Below are positions 24,056 to 38,021 of a stretch of DNA of 64,000 nucleotides, in pieces. The notes under the pieces are model-generated. The model was not told the origin of the DNA. It searched no databases and was given only the letters and a program-made list of their open reading frames with translations. This DNA is from Botryllus schlosseri. Lineage: Eukaryota. Position numbers and translations under genes: made by a program. The stretch lies in contig CM119371.1 of assembly GCA_051294905.1 (NCBI GenBank), positions 2,482,001 through 2,546,000 on the forward strand, read 5' to 3'. How positions within the stretch are numbered: the first letter of the stretch is position 1; each line of letters starts with the position of its first letter.

Positions 24056-27000
24056 GTTATCCTGTCTATTAGGAGTTTACGCACCTTTAATTACCTCGAG
24101 CCGATGCATTAAGGCAGTTCTTTTCAACAATGAGTCGGAAATTCCATCGTTACATATGTTAATATCCAGCTATTATAGTAATGTTTTTTTCCAATTAACT
24201 CTCACGAAAGTCAGCCTAACATATTCCAGTTTATTCAATACACCGTATTCAATCGGTCAACGTTCCTGTTTACTACCACCAAAAGTCGGAACGTGCCACT
24301 GGATGTTTGTTTAATTCTGATTGCCTCAGTCCTAAATTACCCCATAAACTGATATCGCTGGATTGCCGTAAATGCGACATCTAAAGCTTTTTATTGCCGA
24401 TTGCCGTGTGCCGTACACATTATGAGCAAGACGGTGCTCAACTAAAGTAAACATTGTTAGCGATAGCGTTTGGACGAATCAGATATCAAATACCAAACTG
24501 CATGTCATTGAATTAGATTGATATATATAGCTAATAGCGATGGTGTGAACGTGAAGTTCACGTTCGCGATTTGTGTGTGAACCTCTGAAATTTAGAGGTT
24601 CTCGTTCACAAACGAACCTTGGTAGGTTCTGCACTGTGAAACTTCTGAATATATTACACTTTTTAGCATCATTATAACATCTTTGGTTGAAATTATTTGC
24701 ATTTCAAATTACGGCCAATTTATGCATGACTATGGCACTGGCAGCATAACAAGAATCTACACTACACTAGCATGCACTTGCCAATCTCCAAAATTTCATC
24801 ATCTTTGTTACAAAAGTTTGCTTGAAATATTCAACTTTTCGCTTGTGAATATTTTATTACCTCTGTGCTGTGAGCTTGGTCAGCAATCCCATGACACATA
24901 GAGCGAAATCCGCAACATGTAGGTAGTCAGCGGATGATGCTCATTCAACCAATCAATGAAATTGACAGAACGAAAACATCATTGTCCGACGTAAAAAATT
25001 CTAGCAGGCGTACGGGACCCATCTTGATTTGATATGTATTGTATCATGAAAAAAAACAAATCCTAGTCACTAGGGTGTGTGCTACTTAGAAATTTGTTAA
25101 TGAAGGAATATAGGTAGCGGAGTTGGAGCAATTGTAATTTGTAATTGAGGTGAATTTATTTTTTTACATTTTTTTCATATAATTTGATTGTAATTGTAAT
25201 TGAAGCATTTCTATTTTGAGTAATTGTAATTGTAATTGTCATTTAACGAAAATTTTGCCCAGTTACAATTTCAATTACATTGACAACTACACTAGCATGC
25301 ACTTGCCAATCTCAAAAATTTCATCATCTTTGTTACAAAAGTTTGCTTAAAATATTCAACTTTTCGCTTGTGAATATTTTATTACCTCTGTGCTGTGAGC
25401 TTGGTCAGCAATCCCATGACACATAGAGCGAAATCCGCTACATGTAGGTAGTCAGCGGATAATGCTCATTCAACCAATCAATGAAATTGACAGAAAGAAA
25501 ACATCATTGTCTGTAATTGTAATTATCCTTTAATGAAAATTTTGCCAAGTTACAATTTCAATTACATTGACAATTCAAAATGTTGACCAATATTTACCTG
25601 TCACTGTATTACCAATTGCAGCTACGACTATATGAGCACTTGGTCGCTAGCTATTAGCCTACCCACATTAACATCGTGATGTAAAATTTTTCGTGTATTA
25701 CAAATAGCCGACGGTGGATCATGGAATGGGTAAATTATGTACGTAAGCGGGAAAGTATCGGAGACGGTATTGCCATGGATTACATTAGGTTCAGGGGCAT
25801 CTATGCCAGTGTTTCTTAAACTTTTCCCGACCGCCTACCACTAATTAGTTTAACTTCACGGCGTAGGCCTACCATCTGAATGCCAAATGACCTCTCAGTC
25901 AAATGTACCAGTAATATTAGTAATTGCCGTTCATAATAGATCATAACACCAGTGAATAGTTAGGAAAGCGGATTTAACATTCTAGATACAACTGTTTCCT
26001 CCAGACCAGATTGTCCAGGAGGCGTATAGCAATATTCATAACTCACAGGCTAATATGTCAATTGTCCAGGCTCAGTTGGACCATCTCTTCCATTTAATGG
26101 CATGATAATGCATTGATATGGGGTGATTACTTCATGAATGTAATCGATTGCGACTAAGATTACTTCTGAATCACGGGATTACGATAACGTTTACGATTAC
26201 AGCAAAATCAGGAAGTAGTCGAATACGATTACATTGGAAAAGTAATCATGATCACATTCATTTTGCTTCTCAGAACTAATCTTACAAGATATATTGGAAG
26301 ACAATATAAGAATTGCGAAAAGGCCTAATGAGATAATTAATTTATTCAAATATGAGACTTCATTTGCTTGCTACTTCATAATGTGCCATTGCCCAATTAT
26401 ATAGGGCAAGACTTATCGCATCCAGCGAATTGATTTCTTGCCAGGTCAGTAACTTCCGCACCCCAAACTCCCCTATAGGGTGGGGATTGCGTTAGAAGAG
26501 AGCTCAGTATTTCGCAAATCAATGTAAATTATGGAGTATTTTGAAGAGATTTAATTACCTTGAAAAAAACCTTTTTCAAACTTCGTGATTTAATGTCTGA
26601 AGATAGCATGATTTTGAAATAGATTCCTCTCACCCCCTCAAGAAAAATATATGCGACTCCGTGAAGTTTGCTAACAAAGAAACACCTTGACTGAAACTTT
26701 GGGTATGTGTCCATTGTCAATAGCCGCGATGGGTGGGTGTGACGAATAGTGCGGTCCTTCCAATCTGAGTTCCACAATACAAATGACATCCGGGGCACCA
26801 CAGAGAAAGGAACACATCAAAATTTGTGTGCACGTCCCGCGAATTATTTTTTTAGTCTACTACGTTTGGGTTAATAAAATATCTTTTGATCATATAACAG
26901 ACGGGAGGTCACATCCTATATACGAAAAAGTTAACTCGAGTCTGACTACAGTCAAGTCATGACTCGAGTCATCTCAACACTGGTTTTGACTCGAGTCAAA

Positions 27001-27837
27001 TCGAATCATTTTCAATTCACCTTCCTAGACAAGTCCGAGTCCAAGTCATCGAGCCGAGGGTCGAGTCCACAATTATACACTCAGCATTTTAAATCTCTCT
27101 TATTGTGAAATTACAATTATATGTGCACGGTAGCCTACGTAATAGCATGTGTATTCCGTCTTATGTTCCGAATACGACATCCGTACGCAAAGCCATATAA
27201 CTAGAATTTTGTCATTCGAACTTATCTAACTGCGTAATAATATAAATAATATATTTGATTATATGATACGAACATTCATCGAACTTCATCTGTAAATCAA
27301 TCTGATTCGTTCAGTTGATGATGAGTTAAGCGATTATTGAACAAATGATGCGGCTACAACTTTTGAATCGTAAAATGAGCTCCGTACACATAATAAATGT
27401 TTAGCGTCGACTGATATATGGTTTTTTTGTTTCAGTTGACTGTGCAAGGTACGTTGGGGTGCATTGGTCTTAACGTTGCACATTGTACGCACTGTCAACG
27501 CATCGATTATCTTCATTTAATATTCCTTGGTTGCTGAATGCTATTCCGAGTCGGGGAACTTACCCCGCAAGCTCGCAGTCCCTTACAAATTTCAAAGTTG
27601 ACTTACCAGAGTAATTCTGGTTTGCATTACGTACCATAAACTTATCTTGCTTCCAGGAGAATACGGACAAAAAGAAACGTTCAACCAACATCTGTGTGCC
27701 AGAACGATGATAAGGCATTGATCTTTGTGATGATGTTGTATTAGCACGACAGGTAATGCGGAATGCAATATAAAATTAGTTGCTGGCAATCCTGTGCATG
27801 ATATTGCAAATGAGAAGCACATTGCACGTCTGCGAAC

Positions 27838-28071
27838 GGTGATGCGTCCGGCTTGTTGATCGGCAGGTCGTGGGTTCGATCCCCGACCATGTCAGGCCAA
27901 AGACTCGAAAACTGGTATCCGTGGCTATCGTGCTAGGCGCTCAATAAATACGGATAGCATGGAGGAGAAAAACAGGGCTGTAGACTAGATGACCTAGCTA
28001 TAAAGGAGGTTGCATCTCCGTCGTCAAAGCTTCTTGCTGGTGCGGGCAAAAATAATACCATATCTCTCTCT
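27838..28071 (+). mobile_element. tRNA-derived SINE, second 3'-tail type (copy at 43502-43735)
   Basis: B box GGTTCGATCCC, same core as the 11824 SINE, different tail containing AGACTAGATGACC and ending (CT)n. Confidence 0.8.
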
Positions 28072-28392
28072 TTGACACGTCACAAATAAATTGCCACGAT
28101 AAGATTGATTAGATGAATTAATACCAGGGGTCCCCAAACTAGGGTCGCGACTCCAAGGCTATCGGCGGCTCATTTCTGAATATTTTAGTTCATTTTTTTA
28201 AAGGGAAGAAAAAGCGACCTACGTGATATGCGATCCAGGAAAACAAGGTATCATATCTGTCGAAGCGTCATTTTAAAGGGTCATCTAATATAACACAAGG
28301 TTTGTGTATTGTTATTAGAATTAAGATTGAATTGCCGGGATCATGAAAACCAATACGACGGGAGTGCCATGTGATGAAAGTATAATGCATAC

Positions 28393-29952
28393 CAGAGTTG
28401 GATCAATTGTAATTTGTAATTGTAATTGAATGTAATTAATTACATTTTTCAATGTAATTGTAATGTAATTGTAATTGAAGCATTTTTATTTTGTGTAATT
28501 GTAATTGTAATTGTAATTTGACAAAAAATTTGCTCAATTACAATTTCAATTACATTAAATTGCTATTGAGACCTGACAAGCACAACATAAAATAATTGAC
28601 GTATAATGCATTCTCTTTAAATGTCGACAAGGAATTTGGTGGATCCATTCGCGGAAGCCCTTGACTGCGCCCTTGCGGGTGAAGTTTTTTTTTTTACCGC
28701 TATGCTGGCCTCGGTTGCCATTGTATACAATTTTTAGATTACTAACCAACGGATGGATTCGCAACACGTGACTCACGATTGAATACGCCGAGAAGCGAAC
28801 TGCTGAGCCGGCTAAAAGCAGCAGAATTGATAGTCCCACAGCTGGCGATCCAAGCGTCGAAATTTAATATGTATGGTCCTAATCGAAAGCTAGCGTCGCA
28901 CTGATTCCGCAATAAAAGTATATTTCCAGGCAATGGTACCATCCCAAAATAGTCGTGAAAGTCTGGGAATCGGCATTGTTCTGAACAATCGCTGGGCGTA
29001 ATTGGTAATTGTTGTGGTCATGCTGCTGCAGCGCTCTCACTTTTCAGAGCAGTCGACCTTAAACGGCTATTTTGGAGCAGTTACATTGCCCTGACGAGAT
29101 TTTATATTGTATTTTCGGAATTAGTACATCAATAGCTTACGATAAAGACCAGATGCATCAAATTCGGACGCATGGATCGCCAGCTTTAGGACTACAAAGT
29201 TTGCTGCTTTTAGCCGGCTCTGCAGTACGTTGTCGGTACATTCATCCGTGACTCACATCTTGCGCATCTATCCGTGGGTTGGCAATCTACAATACGATTT
29301 CAGATCACGATGCTGCATCGTTACGTCGTCTGGCTAACTAACCAGACCACTGGATATTATATAACGTCTTATCTGACAAAGCACGGTTTTGTTTTTACTC
29401 CTCATCCTAATTCCTACGTCCCTCGATAAAAATAATATTATTTCTTTAATTATATACTATATACGCAAATCCAACACGTGCATATATTATAATACTTTTT
29501 CAACGACATACTGCACTCTATCCTCAATCCTAACCCATAGGAAATTAGGTAAATAACATTTTACATTTCCAATTACGTGAGCCATAATTACCGAGCATAC
29601 AAAACACGTTTATATTACGTCACAATGACATCTTACATAGCATACTATGTACGCACATAAACGCATTTATTACTACACAATCTGAACTAGACTTGAATTG
29701 TTGTTAAATACGACGCTACGGTTGTCAAGGAGCACGGTTGAATTTATGATTATTCAATTACATGTTCAACAGCAGCAATTGTAATTGTAATTGTAATGTA
29801 ATAGAAGCATGCAAGGAGTAATTGTAATTGTAATTGTAATTTGATATTTTTAGCATGGAGTAATTGTAATTGTAATGTAATTGAAACATGCATGAAAGTA
29901 ATTGTAATTGTAATTGTAATTGAACTGAAATAATGTAATTGATCCAACTCTG
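28393..29952. mobile_element. young hAT-type non-autonomous element with (ATTGTA)n subterminal arrays
   Basis: TIR CAGAGTTGGATCAATT, perfect 8-bp TSD ATGCATAC. Empty site in the duplicate at ~44049-44056; the offset change of 1568 equals 1560+8. Confidence 0.95.
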
Positions 29953-32810
29953 ATGCATACACAGGACATGTGCGAACGGCGCAGTCGGCTAGGTAAGTTG
30001 TATATTGGTATCTGTATTTCGCGTGACGTGAATAATCACATAAAATACTTGATGACTTCGATTGGATATAGATAGAAAACGTTCCGATAGTCATAAATAC
30101 GTTGCTATAGTATTGATTAAATTTCCTAAACTCAAGGATGGAGGTGAACGAGTTCATAACTGCAAGCTTGGTATTGCTGCGCACATACTCGCCAGCTCTA
30201 AAACATGAGTCGCGAGTAGGTTTGGTCGAAGGTGCTGACCATTTTCAGTAATCGGCACGCCAAATTGAGAGGTTTGGTCGCAGAACATTCTGAGATCGAA
30301 ATTTTGGGTCGCGACCAAAATAACTGATCATACGTGAAATTGTGAAGGCTATACACACTGAACAGTGTGAGCACTCCGTCAACTTCACGTACTCGCCATT
30401 CGCACGGTCCTTATTTGTTTTTCTCCTTTGTAATCTTATAGTTTCCCTCACACATCTTTTGTTGAAGTGTTACTGACCGACAGTTGCATGATATAAATGT
30501 TCTAACGTTACGCATTGACTACAGCTGACTTGAAGACTACACATCTTGATGTGGTCATATCGCTGTGTTTGTCTTTTTTACATATTTGTGTGAACAATCA
30601 TCGTACGAATAAAGAATCTGTCCGTCAAAAACATGCGGTGATTACTTCATCAACGTATTTGATTGCGATTACGATTACACCAAAATCTCCTTTACGATTA
30701 TATTGTTAAAGAGACAGTGCAATCTCAATATGATGCAGTCTCGTATTGAAGGTAAAATCGGTAAAAAATTCTTGGCCGCAACCATTTTCTTCAGAAAGCT
30801 TCCGTATTGAAGCTGCAGCTAAACGAAAATTCCAACGACCTTAATTACTCGCCAGTTGAATTAGTATTGTCTGTAATTGTGGCGCGGCTGCGAGTCTCTG
30901 TTGATTAACCAGTTGCGAACTTGCTGGCACGATATCTTCACTTGCACTTGCTCGACGCGATCTCCATTGCGATTTCTCGCCAGCAATTATATTTTATTAT
31001 CGCTATCCGACAGTCCACGCTAACATGGCGTTGGCTATCGCGGCAGATTCAAATGCTGAGTAAACAATTGCGCAATATTGATTGCTAGGCTACCCGATTG
31101 AAGCATTGCCATATAAAAGAAAGTGAGCATAAAATTCTCTCCCAAAGAATGATTGTACTCGCAGACAAACATATTGATACCTACTGTCTGTATACCACTT
31201 ATTCCAGATATTGTGAGTTGCCGATTCACAGAACAGCTTGGCTATGATTCATATCTGTATCAAACCATGACTGCATGATGTGCATATGATGCCTATGGAC
31301 ATTAAAGGTAAAGTAATAGAGTTTAAATACTTGCTAAATTTTTCACCGATTCACTGTGCCATCCCTGAATGTTGAATGTCAAGCGCCAACCTACGCATAT
31401 CAGTTTTACTAATCTCATGTCTTACACGGTCGGTGTTTGAGACACGACATAGCGGTCAAGCACCTGGACGCGCCATCATTATGCTATCTTGTCTATTAGG
31501 AGTTTCCGCACCTTTAAATACCTTGAGCCGATGCATTAAGGCAGTTCTTTTTACGAATGAGCCAGAAATTCCATCGTTACATATGTTGATATCCATCGAT
31601 TATAGTAATTTATATATCAATTACCCCTGACAAATGTCAGCCTATAACATATTCGAGTTTATTTCAAAACACCGTATTCAATCGGTAAACGTTCCGGTTT
31701 ACTACCACCAAAAGTCAGAACGTGGCACTGGATGTTTGCTTAATTCTGATTGCCTTGGTCATAAATTACCCCATAAACTGATATCGCAGGATTGCCGTAA
31801 ATGCGACATCTAAAGCTTTCTATTGTCGATTGCCGTGTACCGTACACATTATGAGCAAGACGATGCTCAACTAAAGTAAACATTGTTTGTGATAGCGGTT
31901 GGACGAAGCAGATATCAAATAACAAACTGCATACCATTGAATTAGATTGATATATATAGCTACTAGGGATGGTTCGGGTTCGCATTCAAGTTCGCGATCT
32001 GTGTGTGAACCTCCGAAATTTTAGAGGTTCGCGCTCCCAAACGAACCTTGAAAGGTTCTGCACTGTCAACCGCTTTTGAATATATTACAATTCTTAACAT
32101 CATTATAACATCTTTGGTTAAAATTCTTTGCATTTCAATTTCGGTCCACTCTATGCATGGCTATGGCAGCATAACAAAAATTCACACTAAACTAGCATTC
32201 ACCTTGCCAATCTCAAAAATTACATTTGATTTGTTACAAAAGTTTGCTTGAAATATTCATCTTTTCGCTTGTGAATGTTTATTACCTCTCTGCTGTGAGC
32301 TTGGTCAGCATAAACATGACACATAGAGCGAAATCCGCTACATGTTGGTAGTCAGCGAAGGATGCTTATTCAACCAATCAATGAAATTGACAGCAAGAAA
32401 ACATCATTGTCTGACGTAAAAATTCTAGCAGGCGTACGGGGCCCATCTTGATTTGATATGTTCATTGCATCATAAAAAAAAATATGTGCGACTGGGGTGT
32501 TGGCTACTTGGTAATTTGTTAATGAGGTAATATCGGTAGCAGAGTCGGATCAATTGTAATTTGTAACTAAGCTGAATGTAATAAATTACATTTTTTCATG
32601 TAATTGTAAATGTAATTAAATTGAAGCATTTTTATTTTGTGTAATTGTAATTGTAATTTATTGAAAATTTTGCCCAATTACAATCTCAATTACATTGATA
32701 ATCACAACATAAAATAATTAGCCTATTTTCATCGATGTTCAGCCATGCTAAACTGTTTGCCATACTTCAGTAGTAACAGAAAACGCAGCGAATTACAATA
32801 TAGGCTAAAC

Positions 32811-33137
32811 CAGTGGTTCTCAAACTTGGGACCGTCCCCCCCTCCCTCCTTGTTAGGCGTGAAAGCATTGGATAGGGGGGCCGAAGCTCCGGTAAATTGA
32901 AAAATTTTATCGCACTTCGCGCGATTTACCTCTATTTCATAGTTATTGCTCTGTGTATAGTACGAATTTCATATTGGAGAAATCTCTCATCAACAGTGAT
33001 AACCTTCCATACCATCAAACCATCTATATATGTAAGGATTTCCAACATTCTGGTTTCATTGTGTGCTATTATGACGATAAGGGAGGCACGAAATATATCA
33101 CTGTCATAAAAAAAGCTAAAAAGTTTGAAAACCAGTA
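32811..33137. mobile_element. hAT (Charlie-like) MITE (copy at 47478-47804; inverted relative at ~50873-51907)
   Basis: CAGTGGTTCTCAAACTT…AAGTTTGAAAACCAGTA with 8-bp TSD GGCTAAAC. Confidence 0.85.
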
Positions 33138-36100
33138 GGCTAAACTAAATCTTAATATTTCAGAAATGGATGAACAGCAAATAAACTCTAGTGAAACCTG
33201 TGATGAACCATTTCATACACAACGGTCATAGTTTTTTGGTTTACGTCTCTGGCCAGTACTGAGTCTTGTTGCACATTTGCAAAAAGAAATTTCAGTTTTC
33301 AACCAAGGCTTCATCACACTCGATCACGCATTTGTAGAGATGTTATGCCAATCTTGACCAAATTTACTAGTGCCCGAAACTTTCCGCATCCTAATTTGCA
33401 TCAAATACAATCTGACAGTTTTTGAGCAAGTGAAAATGTAAAAGCGAACCAAAATTGATTTAATTCGTAGTTATCAGGAGCTTCTTTCCTTTTGCATTTC
33501 TTTTAATTTTACACACTATATCATTATCATACCATAGCTGACGACTTACCAATAACATTTCATTTGCCTTACTCAGCTCTGTGTATTGGTTTGACTACAT
33601 TTCACTGCTCAACTCAAGGTACGCTCCGCAAAATTAGTTTTTAGCGCAATCAGCCGTATCGCAATATGATAGGCAATAGGTTCATCAGTCTCCTTTTATA
33701 TAGCTAGCTGACCGTTATTTATTTGCAATCTAGCAAACATTCCGTTCTCTAAAAAACTATAGGAGACCAATCGACGTTCTGCCCACATGAAGTGCGATAT
33801 GATACATACCGTAGGCATCATCACCGAACTATACAACATTTTCCGATTATCTTCATTTATTATTTCTTGAAATCTAATCAATGAAACGGCAGTTCGAAAT
33901 GTTGACCAATATTTACCTGTAACTGTGTTACCAATTGCAGCTACGACTATATGAGCACTTGGTCGCTAGCTACCCACATAGACACCGTAATGTAAAATTT
34001 ATCGTGTATTACAAATAGCCGACGGTGGATCATGGAATGGGTAAATATGTACGTAAGCGGGTAAGCATCGGAGACGGTATTGCCATGGATTACATTAGGT
34101 TCAGAGGCATATATGCCGGTGTTTCTTAAACTTTTTCCGACCGCGTACCACTAATTAGTTTAACTTCACGGCGTAGGCCTACCATCTGGATGCCAAATGA
34201 CCTCTTAGTCAAATGTACCAGTAATATTAGTAATTGGCGTTCATAATAGATCATAACACTAGCGAATAGTTAACAAAGCGGATTTCATTTGCTAGATACA
34301 ACTGTTTCCTCCAGACCAGATTGTCCAGGAGGCGTATATCAATAACTCACAGGCTAATATGTCAATTGTCCAGGCTCAGTTGGACGATCTCTTCCATTTA
34401 AGGGCATGATAATGCATAGATATGGGGTGATTACTTCATGAATGTAATCGATTGCAATTACGATTACTTCTGAATCACGCGATTACGATAACGTTCACGA
34501 TTACAGCAAAATCAGGAAGTATAGTCGAATACGATTGCACAGGAAAAGTAATCACGATTACATTTAATTTGCTTCTCAGAACTATTCTTAGAAGATATAT
34601 TGGAAGACAATATAAGAATTGCGATGAAAAGGCCTAATGAGATAATTAATTTATTCAAATATGAGACTTCATTTGCTCGCTACTGCATAATGTGCCATTG
34701 CCCATGACTATTTAGGGCAAGGTTCATCGCAACCAGCGAATTGAATTCTTGCCAGGTCAGTAACTTCCGTACCCCAAACTCCCCATTGGGGCGGGGATTG
34801 CGTAAGAAGAGAACTCAGTATTTCGCAAATCAATGTAAATTATGGAGTATTTTGAAGAGATTTAATTACTTTGAAAAACACTTTTTTCAAGCTTCGTGAT
34901 TTAGTGTCTGAAGATACCATGATTTTGAAATAGATACTTCTTACCTCCGCAAGAAAAATATATGCGACTCCACGAAGTTTGCTACCAAAGAAACACATTG
35001 ACTGAAACTTTGGATATATGTCCATTGTCAATAGCCGCGATGGGTGGGTATGACGAATAGTGTTGTCCTTCCAATATGAGTTCCACAATACAAATGATAT
35101 CCGTGGCACCACAGAGAAAGGACCACATGAAAATCTGTGTGCGCATCTCGCGAAATATTTTTTTCAGTCTACTACGTTTGGGTGAATAAAATATCTTTTG
35201 ATCATATAACAGACGGGAGGTCACAAACTATATACGAAAAAGTTTACTCGAGTCTGACTCCAGTCAAGTCATGGCTCGAGTCATCTCAACTCTGGTTTTG
35301 ACTCGAGTCAAATCGAGTCATTTTCAATTCACCACCGAGTCAAGTCCGAGTCCAAGTCATCGAGCCGAGGGTCGAGTCCACAATTATACACACAGCATTT
35401 TAAATCTCTCATAATGTGAAATTAAAATTATATGAGCACGGTAGCTTGCGTAATGGCATGTGTATTCCGTCTTATGTTCCGAATACGACATCCATACGCA
35501 ATGCCATATAACTAGAATTTTGTCATTCGAACTTATCTAACTGCGTAATAATATAAATAATATATCTGATTATATGATACGAACATTCATCGAACTTCAT
35601 CTGTAAATCAATCTGATTCGTTCAGTTGGTGATGAGTTAAGCGATTATTGAACAAATGATGCGGCTGCAACTTTTTAATCGTAAAATGAGCTCGGTACAC
35701 ATAATAAATGTTTGGCGTCGACTGATATATGGTTTGTTTGTTTCAGTTGACTGTGCAAGGTACCTTGGGGTACATTGGTCGTAATATTGTACATTGTACG
35801 CACTGTCAACGCATCGATTATCTTCATTTAATATTCCCTGGTTGCGGAATGCTATTCCGGAATCTCTTTACTTACCCCACAAGCTCGCAGTCCCTTACAA
35901 ATTTCAAAGTTGACTTACTAGAGTAATTCTGGTTTGCATTACGCACCAAACACTTATCTTGCTTCCACGAGAATACGGACAGAAAGAAACTTTCAAGTTT
36001 CAACCAACATCTGTGTGCCAAATCGATGATGAGGCATTGATCTTTGTGATGATGTTGTATTAGCACGACAGGCAATGTGGAATGCAATATAAAATTAGTT

Positions 36101-36154
36101 GCTGGCAATCATGCGCATCATATTGCAAATGAGAAGCATGTTGCACGTCTGCGA

Positions 36155-36416
36155 GCGAGATAGTGTAATGGTGATGCGTCCGGCTTCTTGATCGGTAGGT
36201 CGTGGGTTCGGTCCCCGACCATGTCCGGCCAAAGACTCGGAAACTGGTATCCGCGGCTATCTTGCTAGTCGCTCAGCAAATACGGATAGCACGGAGGAGA
36301 AAAAACGGGGCTGTAGACTAGATGACCTTAGGCCTACTATAAAAAGGGGGTCGCATCTCCGTCGTCAAAGCTTCTTGGTGGTACGGGCGAAAATGAATAC
36401 CATATCCCTATCTCTC
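36155..36416 (+). mobile_element. tRNA-derived SINE (unit-B paralogue of 27838-28071, head intact)
   Basis: A box TAGTGTAATGG, B box GGTTCGGTCCC, AGACTAGATGACC tail. Confidence 0.8.
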
Positions 36417-37016
36417 TGAAACTTCACCAATAAATTGCCACGATTAGATTAATTAGATGAATTAATACCAGGGGTTCCCAAACTAGGGTCGCGACTCCAA
36501 TGAGGTCGCTTTTCCATTCTTTGGTGTCGGGTAGACAAAAATTAAATACCGATGGCTACTGCAGAGGGCTCATTTCTTAATATTTTAGTTCATTTTTTTT
36601 AAATGGAAGAAAAACGACCTACGAGATATGCGGTCAGGGAAAACAAGGTATCATATAAGTCGATGCGTCATTTTAAAGGGTCATCAAATACAGCACAAGG
36701 TTAGTGTATTGTTATTAGAATTAAGATTAAATTGTCGGGGTCATGAAATCCAATACGACGAGATTGCCATGTGGTGAAAGTATGATACATACACAGGACA
36801 TGTGCGAACGGCGCAGTCGGCTAGGTAAGTCGTAAATCGTTATATGTATTTCACGTGACGCGAATTATCGCATAAAATACTTGATTACTTCGATTTGATA
36901 TCGATAGAAAACGTCCCGATAGTCCTTAATACGTTGCTATAGTATTGATTGCGTTTCTTGAACTCAAGGATGGAGGTGAACGAGTTCATAACTGCAAGCT
37001 TGGTATTGCTATGCGC

Positions 37017-37968
37017 CAGTGTTGGGATCAAGTCACTACCTTCGAGTCACGAGTCATTTCGAGTCTTTGCACATTTTGACCCGAGTCAAGTCAAGTGAAT
37101 CGATTTTCGAAGGTGACTCGAGTCAAGTCAAGTCACTCCATTTTTGGTGGTGACTCGGGTCAAGTCGAGTTAAGTCACAATTCAAGTCAAGTTGCCTTTT
37201 CGAAGTCTTAGGCATGAATACGTCATTGGATTTTACGAGCTGTCTGAAATACAGATTGATTGGTCATTGGTCCCGAACCGATGATCAAATATAAAGTTAA
37301 ATGTACTCGCAAGAAGGAGCTTTGTATAGCTCACATATACGTAGAACTGTTGAACTACGTAATTTTTGCATAGCCTCCGTTTAAAATTACCAGCCAAAAT
37401 AGACAATAGAAAAACGAATTGATAACATGCAATACATTACCCATTTACAAATTTATACCATACAATTCGAACGTGCGCCAGTGGTTGATGACTATATAAA
37501 CTATATTCGAATTCAATTTCAATAAAACAAGAGGTTTGGTTAAGGGAAGAACAGAAAACAGAAATAGACATTTTGCTACTAAATTACTTTACTACTAGTT
37601 TACGACAACGTAAGCTGTAAGCTTCGATCACTTTGTTTGCGGTCAATTTATTTGCGAGAAAACAGTGAAGGCTCAGTTAAAAGCTCGATCATAAAATCAT
37701 TAGCCGCTCTCACGGGTTACCAAGTGTTTCGCAAACAATGCGAAGATATGCAAGATACAGTGATTTTTATCGACGCCCATTACTTAATGACTTGAAATTG
37801 ACTCGTGAATATTGCTCCGAGTCACGAGTCAATTCACATCTCTGATACGTCGAGTCAAGTCAAGTCAAGTCATTTTTGCAAAGTTTACTCGAGTCAAGTC
37901 AAGTTATACGAAAAAGGTGACTCGAGTCTGACTCGAGTCAAGTCATGACTCGAGTCATCCCAACACTG
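37017..37968. mobile_element. hAT-type MITE with GACTCGAGTC subterminal motifs
   Basis: TIR CAGTGTTGGGAT…ATCCCAACACTG, perfect TSD CTATGCGC. Absent from unit A. Inverted sister at 61192-62066. Confidence 0.92.
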
Positions 37969-38021
37969 CTATGCGCACATACTAGCCAGCTCTAAAACAT
38001 AAGTCGCCAGTAGGGTTTGGT

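Larger units (their letters stand above)
23450..33609 (+). repeat. segmental duplication block, copy 1 (units A1 plus first part of B1)
   Basis: Near-identical to 39112-48276. Offsets step 15662-15664, 14096, 15060, 14667 at indels; paired ORF translations are identical or near-identical. Confidence 0.95.

Noticed and set aside
29750..30184. 144-aa ORF with ITITIT/LQLQLQ runs
   Set aside because: Translation of (ATTGTA)n arrays across a transposon boundary.
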